This document shows, in pieces, positions 9,164-15,646 of a stretch of DNA of 20,281 bases. Within the stretch, counting starts at the first letter, position 1. Every line of letters begins with the position of its first letter. The stretch is from Deltaproteobacteria bacterium (GTDB taxonomy: Bacteria > JACQOV01): positions 1-20,281 of the forward strand of contig JACQOV010000026.1 of the NCBI GenBank assembly GCA_016202395.1, read 5' to 3'. The notes beneath the pieces are model-generated. The model searched no databases and had not been told where the DNA came from. It saw only the letters and a list, made by a program, of their open reading frames with translations. The translations under genes were made by a program, and so were the position numbers.

Positions 9164-9433
9164 TTAGGCAGCACGTTTTTTGAAAACGGCCTCCTCTAAT
9201 CGAGCAATTCTAGAGACCAATCCCCTCTTCTGACCCAATAAATAATCCTTGAGTATTTGATTAAGGAGCGCCTGATACTTACTCCCAGAATCAATAGCCA
9301 GACTCCGAAGAATGTCCAACACTTCCTTATCGAGATAGGTAGTGATACGAACCTTTGCAGATTTCAGCTCTTCTAAGCTTATAGAAGGACCTCGTACTTT
9401 TTCCATTTTGCTAGGATCAGGTATTTTCTTCAT
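9164..9433 (-). CDS. brnA: BrnA-family antitoxin (RHH/CopG-like)
   Basis: KVRITTYLD...KYQALLNQILKDY; start ATG 9433 with GGAGG at 9441-9445; overlaps the toxin 3' end. Confidence 0.8.
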   Translation of the reverse strand: MKKIPDPSKMEKVRGPSISLEELKSAKVRITTYLDKEVLDILRSLAIDSGSKYQALLNQILKDYLLGQKRGLVSRIARLEEAVFKKRAA

Positions 9434-9695
9434 AATATTTCCTCCATTTGCGCCATTCCGCAGCGCCAAAAATACGAACCGTCTCTCCCCGTAAAGTATA
9501 CCGTACAGTGATGATCTTACCTTTTACGGTTTTACCAACAGCATAGTGTCGATCCTCTTCCGAGGAATGTTTTGGATCTTCCAAATGAATAACCTTTGGA
9601 TCTGCAAAAACTTCCATGGCTTCTTCAAAATTACAGCTATGCTTCGAGATATTTCTAAGTTCTTTCTCAAAATCCCACTCAAAAGTGTACGTCAC
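9417..9695 (-). CDS. brnT: BrnT-family toxin (DUF497)
   Basis: FEWD..K...N..KH...FEEA.EVF.DP, HSSEEDR...VG, VRIFGA. Confidence 0.9.
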   Translation of the reverse strand: MTYTFEWDFEKELRNISKHSCNFEEAMEVFADPKVIHLEDPKHSSEEDRHYAVGKTVKGKIITVRYTLRGETVRIFGAAEWRKWRKYYEENT

Positions 9696-9701
9696 GCTCT
9701 A

Positions 9702-9730
9702 CTTATATGCTATTATATGTATTATGTCAA
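9702..9730 (-). promoter_or_regulatory. Sigma-70 promoter of brnT-brnA, probably leaderless
   Basis: TTGACA (9730-9725)-N17-TATAAG (9707-9702), then 6 nt to the GTG start; no SD. Confidence 0.7.
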
Positions 9731-9768
9731 GCGGTTGTACTGGACGCCAAAAAGGGTGGGGTCATATA

Positions 9769-9833
9769 AATTCTGGGGACACGATGCTTAATCCAGAAAA
9801 GTTTTCATGGATAAGCATCGTGTCTCCCGAGCT
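9769..9833. mobile_element. Hairpin element 2 (near-identical to element 1)
   Basis: GGGGACACGATGCTTAATCCAGAAAAGTTTTCATGGATAAGCATCGTGTCTCCCGAGCT. Confidence 0.75.
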
Positions 9834-9848
9834 TGAAAGGACTCCGTT

Positions 9849-10319
9849 ATGAAATCTGACCATTACATTTTTGATGTCTCGATTGAAAATTGCGGCGCCT
9901 ATGATGTGAAGGGAAAAGTCCTGCGCAAGATCCAGATTGACGGGAACAAGAGTCTTTATAACTTTGCACAAGTAATCACAGAGACGTTCGGATTTTATTT
10001 TGACCATTGTTTTGGTTTCTACGACAATTTTAAAAGATATCATGATTCCAGGAAGGCCTATGAACTTTTCCAAGATATCGGAGAGGAGCCGCTTTCGCCA
10101 ACAACCCAAGGAGTCAAGAAAACAAAAATATCACAGGCGTTTAAGACCCTCGGCGAGAAAATGCTTTTTCTCTTTGATTACGGCGACGGCTGGCGTTTTG
10201 TTGTGGAATTGAAAGAGATCAAAAACTCCGAAAAACGGAATTTAAAACCGGTGATATTAGAGGCGATCGGCAAAGCGCCGGAACAGTACCCACGGTACAA
10301 AGAGGAATGGGATGTGTAG
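9849..10319 (+). CDS. Plasmid pRiA4b ORF-3 / TnpR-like family protein
   Basis: RKIQIDG..SL......I...FGF..DH...F and FLFDYGDGWRF...L, G.AP.QY motifs; AAGGA RBS. Confidence 0.8.
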   Translation: MKSDHYIFDVSIENCGAYDVKGKVLRKIQIDGNKSLYNFAQVITETFGFYFDHCFGFYDNFKRYHDSRKAYELFQDIGEEPLSPTTQGVKKTKISQAFKTLGEKMLFLFDYGDGWRFVVELKEIKNSEKRNLKPVILEAIGKAPEQYPRYKEEWDV

Positions 10320-10327
10320 AAGAACTG

Positions 10328-10460
10328 GGGGCCAGGTTCAAGTATTAAGTTTTTAATCTATTTCCCGTTCGCCCTGAGCCCTTCGATAAACTCAGGACGG
10401 GCCTAGTCGAAGGGGGTGAACGGGGGTTTTTCAGCAGAATCAATACTTGAACCTGACCCC
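10328..10460. mobile_element. MITE-like element with 19-bp terminal inverted repeats containing a nested palindrome
   Basis: GGGGCCAGGTTCAAGTATT (10328-10346) / AATACTTGAACCTGACCCC (10442-10460), 18/19 match; nested CCCGTTCGCCC...GGGTGAACGGG at 10364-10424. Confidence 0.7.
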
Positions 10461-10510
10461 AAGCGTTTCAGTGAAAAAACTCCCGAATCCCAAAGGGATG
10501 GTTTAGCCAT

Positions 10511-10547
10511 TCAGTATCGTGTCCCCAGAACTTATGCAGAACTTATG
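10511..10547 (+). repeat. Array motif copy 3 with 11-bp tandem duplication
   Basis: TCAGTATCGTGTCCCCAGAACT; CAGAACTTATG twice (10526-10547). Confidence 0.8.
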
Positions 10548-10549
10548 CT

Positions 10550-10720
10550 TACACTAAGATGCTCAAGAGGCAAATAACCATCCGTCTGGAATCAGAGACT
10601 ATTGCTTATTTTAAAAAATTAGCTAAACGCTCCGAAATTCCTTATCAAAGCTTGATCAACATGTACCTTAAGGAATGTGTTCAATCCCACAAGAAACCTG
10701 TTTTTAAATGGGCCGCCTAA
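10550..10720 (+). pseudogene. 5'-truncated BrnA-family antitoxin (not in ORF track; 53 aa from ATG 10559)
   Basis: Translated by hand: YTKMLKRQITIRLESETIAYFKKLAKRSEIPYQSLINMYLKECVQSHKKPVFKWAA*. Lacks the usual N-terminal EYDF...NPY segment, an SD and a toxin partner. Confidence 0.7.
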
Positions 10721-10734
10721 AATATGTTTCCAAT

Positions 10735-10756
10735 TAAGCATCGTGTCCATCGAACT
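10735..10756 (+). repeat. Array motif copy 4
   Basis: TAAGCATCGTGTCCATCGAACT. Confidence 0.8.
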
Positions 10757-10766
10757 TTTTACAACA

Positions 10767-11168
10767 CTAAAGCCCTTCTTCACATGAAATCCAATCTTCA
10801 TAAACCTTTCCGTGTTTAGGGGAAACAAAAGCCATGTTACCTATCATACTCACGTTAGTCTTACGACCAGGTTTAACTATGGCACACTGATGCATGAGCC
10901 CAAAAGTCATATAAAAATCACCGTCTGAACCAGAACTTTTCCAAACTGTTATCCCAGTGTCATGGTTTCCAATTCCATCAATACTAAAAAACAAATCTTT
11001 ACCAACTTTGTAATTACAAGATAAGACTTGTGACTCCGACTCTCCGCTCTTGCAAGATTTCCCTTTTAGAGTCTCCTTATAGGTTATGTTGTCCTTCTCT
11101 GCCATCACATCAAGACTAAAAAGAAGTGTGAAGATAGCAATAAAAAATATCCGCGGCTTGCTTTTCAT
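10767..11168 (-). CDS. Secreted hypothetical protein with four Cys
   Basis: Start ATG 11168 with GGAGG RBS; signal peptide MKSKPRIFFIAIFTLLFSLDVMA; AT-rich. Confidence 0.75.
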   Translation of the reverse strand: MKSKPRIFFIAIFTLLFSLDVMAEKDNITYKETLKGKSCKSGESESQVLSCNYKVGKDLFFSIDGIGNHDTGITVWKSSGSDGDFYMTFGLMHQCAIVKPGRKTNVSMIGNMAFVSPKHGKVYEDWISCEEGL

Positions 11169-11284
11169 AAGTGGCCTCCATGACAAATTTAAAAGATAAA
11201 CCCCCAGCATCGGAAGAATGATAGCAAATTGGAGATAATAAAGACACTCAAGTCCCTATTTCCTCCCCCACTTATTTTCCCAAT

Positions 11285-11306
11285 TAAGTATCGTCCCCCC
11301 CGAACT
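11285..11306 (+). repeat. Array motif copy 5
   Basis: TAAGTATCGTCCCCCCCGAACT. Confidence 0.75.
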
Positions 11307-11325
11307 TGAGGGGAAATCCCCTCTT

Positions 11326-11497
11326 GTCATTGCGAGGAGCCCCGCCTTGGCGGGGCGACGAAACAATCTCCTCCCCCTTGAAACAAGGGGCTACAATCCA
11401 TTTCTCCCCCTTTGATAAAGGGGGAGTTAGAGGGGGTTACTCTTCCATTCATGGTAAGTGGCATTCCGTTCATGGTGAGCTCCGTCGAACCATGAAC
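11326..11497. repeat. Mosaic of at least three small palindromic element families
   Basis: GTCATTGCGAGG...AAACAATCTC (11326-11370); CCCCTT/AAGGGG hairpins (about 11374-11439); GTTCATGGT...ACCATGAAC (11468-11497). Confidence 0.7.
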
Positions 11498-11671
11498 AAA
11501 GGGAACGGCCTCAGACAAGAGTTGTGAAGTTGCTGAAAACTAAAAAACCATTACCTGACACCATTCCTGACCCCCATTTCCGCAAGAAAAACAGTCGCTG
11601 TCCCTATTTTCTAAACCAATGCTGTGGAACAAATCATTAAGTTCGGCGGACACAACAGAGCATGTAACCGC

Positions 11672-11711
11672 TTGCTTTATTATTAACGATATTGTATAAA
11701 ATCGTTAATAA
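11672..11711 (+). promoter_or_regulatory. Fic gene promoter overlapped by an 11-bp inverted-repeat operator
   Basis: TTGCTT-N17-TATAAA; TTATTAACGAT-N10-ATCGTTAATAA (11680-11711); extra half-site TTATTAACG at 11721-11729. Confidence 0.65.
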
Positions 11712-11739
11712 GACAATCCCTTATTAACGGGTTTACGAC

Positions 11740-12876
11740 ATGGCTACAATTCATGGGAAAAAGATCAAATGCGCGGAAGGCTATCAGGCTTATGTTCCTG
11801 ATCCATTGCCTCCCCCGATAGAGTGGAATGAAAGGCTCGCCAGACATCTCTCTGATGCAGATCGCAAGATCGGTCAGTTGGCCACCATCGGTTCGGCCTT
11901 GCCAAACCCTCATTTATTGATCCGTCCTTTTGTCCGTCGCGAGGCCGTGTTGTCCAGCCGTATCGAAGGCACTCAAACCTCACTGGCAGAGTTATTCGCG
12001 GACGAAGCGGGTGTGGAAACGGGACGTGACCGCTCGGATCTCAAGGAAGTCGAGAACTATGTCAAAGCCTTGGAATATGGAATCAAGCGCCTCAAGACAT
12101 TACCGATGTCACTCCGTCTGATGTGTGAAATTCATGAGCATCTGATGAAAGGGGTGCGAGGCAACATAGCGACTCCGGGTGAATTCAGAAGATCTCAAAA
12201 TTGGATCGGGGTCGCTGGCTGCACCTTGCAAAACGCAACTTACATTCCACCACCGCCATATTTGTTGATGGAGTGTTTAGGAACCTTGGAAAAATTCTTT
12301 CATGAATCGACCCTGCCGCCACTTGTCACCATCGGCCTGATCCATCAGCAATTCGAGGCCATCCACCCATTCCTAGACGGGAACGGTCGTGTAGGACGTC
12401 TACTTATTATCCTTTACCTCGTGGAACACGGTATCCTCCCTTCTCCGATTATGTATCTCAGCGCTTTTTTTGAGGCCACCCGAGACGAATACTATGCCCG
12501 ACTTAATGCCGTCAATGAAAACGGAGATTGGAAGGGCTGGGTTGAATACTTCTTGAATGGCGTGACCCGTCAGGCAGAAGACGCCCTGAGTCGCATCCAG
12601 CAGATGCAGGAAACCGTTACAAAATGGAAACAACTCTTCACCCACAAGGCGGCTGACAAGAACAGTCTCTTGTTGATTGATGACTGCATGACAAACCCCT
12701 TCATGACCGTCGGTGGTATGGCTAAAAAACATAAAATCTCTTTCCCAACGGTGCAACGTGCCGTGGACAAGCTCGAAAAGGCAGGCGTTTTGAAACAGAC
12801 CAGCGATGCAAAACGAAACCGAATCTATTGTGCCCGTCGCATTTTAGATATTTTGGATCAACCTGCTAAGATTTAG
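11740..12876 (+). CDS. Fic-family protein (N-terminal inhibitory motif, C-terminal wHTH)
   Basis: Canonical HPFLDGNGRVGR; SSRIEG matches the (S/T)xxxE(G/N) inhibitory helix. Confidence 0.92.
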   Translation: MATIHGKKIKCAEGYQAYVPDPLPPPIEWNERLARHLSDADRKIGQLATIGSALPNPHLLIRPFVRREAVLSSRIEGTQTSLAELFADEAGVETGRDRSDLKEVENYVKALEYGIKRLKTLPMSLRLMCEIHEHLMKGVRGNIATPGEFRRSQNWIGVAGCTLQNATYIPPPPYLLMECLGTLEKFFHESTLPPLVTIGLIHQQFEAIHPFLDGNGRVGRLLIILYLVEHGILPSPIMYLSAFFEATRDEYYARLNAVNENGDWKGWVEYFLNGVTRQAEDALSRIQQMQETVTKWKQLFTHKAADKNSLLLIDDCMTNPFMTVGGMAKKHKISFPTVQRAVDKLEKAGVLKQTSDAKRNRIYCARRILDILDQPAKI

Positions 12877-12889
12877 CCGAGAAGAAAAT

Positions 12890-13261
12890 TTCTCGGCTCA
12901 AATCCGATCGCTGCGCACATTTCTCGGGATGACACAAGCACAACTCGCAAAACGAGCATCACAAAATCCCCGGCTCATTCGGCGGCTGGAATCTGGGGAG
13001 GTAGACCCTCGCCTATCGACTCTTATGAAAACAGCGGAAGGATTGGAGTGCAAACTTGTTGTTCGATTTGTGCCAAAACAACCGGTTGTAAAATTATTAC
13101 GGCAACGCGCAGAAAAAAAGGCCGAACAGATCGTTGAGTTGTCGAAAGGGACCGCTGCAATGGAAGAACAAGAACCTAAAGACGTCATTGTTCAATTTCA
13201 AAAAACCGCGATTGCTGAAGAATTGATCGACAAAAAACGGTCTCTGCTGTGGGAAGACTGA
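12890..13261 (+). pseudogene. Mobile mystery protein A-like XRE-HTH protein, apparently 5'-truncated
   Basis: Frame reads FSAQIRSLRTFLGMTQAQLAKR...LECKLVVRFVP...MEEQ...LWED. The first HTH helix lies upstream of ATG 12929 and there is no ATG/GTG/TTG back to the in-frame stop at 12845. Confidence 0.7.
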
Positions 13262-13784
13262 CTTTGAAAAGTAAAGCTACCAACGACGGGAAAACACCTT
13301 TAGCCGATTCTTCGGGATTACTTGTCGATGTTTATGCTCGAGACCAACTCAACGCATTTGAGTTTGAAAATGTCAATAAAGCGATCATGAAATATCTGAC
13401 CCGTCGCCCCACAGACAAAAGGGCATCCTTTACCTACTCGTGGTTTTTACAAGTACATCAAGAGATGTTTGGAGAGGTAACGATTACCACTTTTGGACGA
13501 AATCTGAAATGAACCATGAAGAACTCTCGGCTAGATTGCATCATCGATTGGTGTGGATTCACCCTTTTGAAAATGGAAATGGTCGATGGGCTCGACTCAT
13601 CATGAATATTCATCTTAAAAAGTATAACCTGCCATGAGTGGAGTGGCCGGAAAAGAGCCTTCTGGATCTTTCCTGCATTCGAGAGAAATATCTAAAAGCG
13701 CTGCGCGATGCAGACCACCAAAACCTTCAACCTTTGATTGCCCTGCACCAATCGCTACAAAAGCAGAGCAAACAGCCCTCTTAA
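13249..13784 (+). pseudogene. Mobile mystery protein B-like Fic protein, disrupted
   Basis: GKTPL...LNAFEFEN...HQEMFGEV, frame change with apparent internal deletion near 13480, HHRLVWIHPFENGNGRWAR, in-frame TGA at 13635-13637, then VEWP...REKYLKALRDAD to TAA 13784. Confidence 0.8.
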
Positions 13785-13820
13785 AAACTTCCCGCAACCC
13801 CGAAGGGATAGCCTGGCCAT

Positions 13821-13842
13821 GAAGCATCGTGTCCCCCGAACT
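13821..13842 (+). repeat. Array motif copy 6
   Basis: GAAGCATCGTGTCCCCCGAACT; the upstream ~38 bp also aligns with the sequence upstream of copy 3. Confidence 0.8.
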
Positions 13843-13951
13843 CCCATTTTCATGTACCCGCTATCGAGCTCAAGTACTACTCAACACGCGACTTGACCCC
13901 ATGACCTGCTATGAAATCTTTTCTAAATTGAGTATTCTGTTCCCGGCATTT

Positions 13952-14257
13952 ATGAAAAAGGGATTCAGAGAAATATTCCTGGCTAAACCGCCGCCCGCCA
14001 AGAAGGGTGAGATTAATTATTCCCTTATCGATCGGTTCACGTTGGTCCATTTTATGATCGGTTTTGGTTATGACTTGCTGGGACTTAGTTTGGGGCTGGT
14101 TGTTTTGCTTGCGCTTGTCTGGGAACTTCTCGAAAATCCCTTGAAAGCCCATCTTCCTTTTATGTTTCCTCATGGCACAGCAGATACTTTACAAAACTCG
14201 GTGGGGGACACCCTTGCCGTTATCTTAGGTTGGATAATTAGCCGTTACGTTATTTAA
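13952..14257 (+). CDS. Small membrane protein (DUF2585-like motif pattern)
   Basis: D.FT.VH...G, WELLEN, DT.QNSVGD with hydrophobic segments; start uncertain (ATG 13952 or 13901). Confidence 0.6.
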   Translation: MKKGFREIFLAKPPPAKKGEINYSLIDRFTLVHFMIGFGYDLLGLSLGLVVLLALVWELLENPLKAHLPFMFPHGTADTLQNSVGDTLAVILGWIISRYVI

Positions 14258-14315
14258 CAACAACCCTTCCGCAGGTGATCGGCCTCTAAAACTCTGGGAT
14301 AAATTCATTCAAAAC

Positions 14316-14410
14316 GTCATCCCCGCGAAAGCGGGGATCCGGCAACATTCATAAGACTGGGTCCCCGCTTTCGCGGGGATGACGTGGATTCCTGTTTTTA
14401 CGGGAATGAC
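14316..14410. repeat. Second GTCATCCCCG REP/dRS3-like palindrome cluster
   Basis: Units at 14316-14342, 14357-14383 and 14385-14410; same family as 1939-2052. Confidence 0.85.
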
Positions 14411-14516
14411 GGATGGAGCGGCAGAATGACGTGACCCTGACTGGACGGATACATCCATTTGACATAAAGAAAGGGGCGTGATACCAACGAGCCTTCCACA
14501 AGGGAGGGCCAATCCA

Positions 14517-15644
14517 ATGGAGAGGAATCGGATTTTGTCTTGGGTTTTGGGGTTCGGGGTTTGGATCTTCGCTCCTCATTCCCTGATCGCTGAAACTCAG
14601 TTTTTCCATAGCGATCATCTGGGATCTTCAACACTCGTAACCCATGCCGATGGCCAGGTCGTTCAAAGCGGGACATACTCCCCTTTTGGAGAGCCCTTAA
14701 CCCCTCACCCTTCTCCCTCTCCCCTTTGGGGAGAGGGTTGGGGTGAGGGGGCTACCGCTTACCTTTACACCGGCCAAGAGCTCGACGCGGAATCTGCCCT
14801 CTACGATTATGGCGCCCGATCTTATGATGCCGCTTTATCTCGTTTTGTCAGCGCCGATCCGGTTCTGGGAAATCCCCCTTATAGTTACGTCCAAAACAAT
14901 CCGATCCAGAGAATCGATCCTAATGGGAAAGACGATGAAGATTTTCAAGAGTTGCTGCGCCGATTCGAGAGTTCTTCCAGGCGACTTGGAGAAAAAATAG
15001 CCAGACTGGCATCAGAGGCCTCTAGACTGGCTGCAGAGCGGTATGCAGCCGAGTGGGATTCCCTACCCCAAGAACAAAGGGGAAATATATTGGAGAATCT
15101 AACGCATCGAGATCCTGCAACAAACGGTTATCGGATCCAAATCACCGTGGAAAGCATGATGGCCAAAAGTCTTGCTAAAGAACTCAAGGCAAAAATAGAC
15201 GAAGATTCAGCGCTGATCGAGAGACTAGATGCCCGTCAACTCATGGCTTATACAGAGCTCACCAAAGGCCTCCCCGAAAGTAGGACCCTTCATTTTAGTA
15301 GTGTGGATGGCGAAAAATTTTCGGGGCCTTTGGCATTTCCCGTAAATCTCGATCCCTCGCTGGGTCAAAATACGGGCTATGGGACACCGGAGGATAGCGC
15401 CTTGAAAAAGATAGGGTTACCAGGCCAGAAACTCGATTATCGACTCAAGCCTAATCCTTGGGTTTCTCCCAATATGGAAGAGCTTCGACAATCGCTGGGC
15501 ACGAATCCAGGTTATGGATGGAATCCCGATTGGGGAAGTTTGGCAGGCCCCCTGTTCGTAGTAGGGGTCACAGGAGCCGTAGTCGGCTGCGCCCTCTTCT
15601 CTGAGGTCTGTGGCGCAGCAGCAACCTTGGCCACCGTTCCGTAG
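14517..15644 (+). CDS. Short RHS repeat-associated core protein with signal-peptide-like N-terminus and unknown C-terminal extension
   Basis: HSDHLGS, YSPFGE, YTGQELD, YDYGARSYD...RFVSADP, YSYVQNNPIQRIDPNG; ATG 14517 with GGGAGGG RBS. Confidence 0.85.
   Translation: MERNRILSWVLGFGVWIFAPHSLIAETQFFHSDHLGSSTLVTHADGQVVQSGTYSPFGEPLTPHPSPSPLWGEGWGEGATAYLYTGQELDAESALYDYGARSYDAALSRFVSADPVLGNPPYSYVQNNPIQRIDPNGKDDEDFQELLRRFESSSRRLGEKIARLASEASRLAAERYAAEWDSLPQEQRGNILENLTHRDPATNGYRIQITVESMMAKSLAKELKAKIDEDSALIERLDARQLMAYTELTKGLPESRTLHFSSVDGEKFSGPLAFPVNLDPSLGQNTGYGTPEDSALKKIGLPGQKLDYRLKPNPWVSPNMEELRQSLGTNPGYGWNPDWGSLAGPLFVVGVTGAVVGCALFSEVCGAAATLATVP
14701..14751. repeat. CCCCTCACC...GGTGAGGGG palindromic element inserted in frame in the RHS core
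   Basis: Hairpin translated as PHPSPSPLWGEGWGEG between YSPFGE and YLYTGQE. Confidence 0.8.
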
Positions 15645-15646
15645 TC

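Noticed and set aside
9079-9833. Canonical integron attC sites
   Set aside because: No RYYYAAC...GTTRRRY ends on either strand, four of six copies are single arms, and no intI is present.
11306-11527. ORFs 11306..11527 and 11327..11518 (likewise 1909..2154 and 14309..14512)
   Set aside because: They are translations of palindromic repeats, with no SD or recognisable domain.
13635-13637. TGA recoding (Sec/Trp/Gly) in mobile mystery B
   Set aside because: TGA terminates intact genes here (TolC, dctP, dctQ) and the gene has a second lesion, so a nonsense mutation is simpler.
9121-13842. CRISPR array
   Set aside because: Intervals between repeats run from about 200 to 2500 bp and contain genes; no cas genes.
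14203-14211. GGGGGACAC as another inverted motif copy
   Set aside because: Only the short core matches and it encodes the VGDT residues of the membrane protein.
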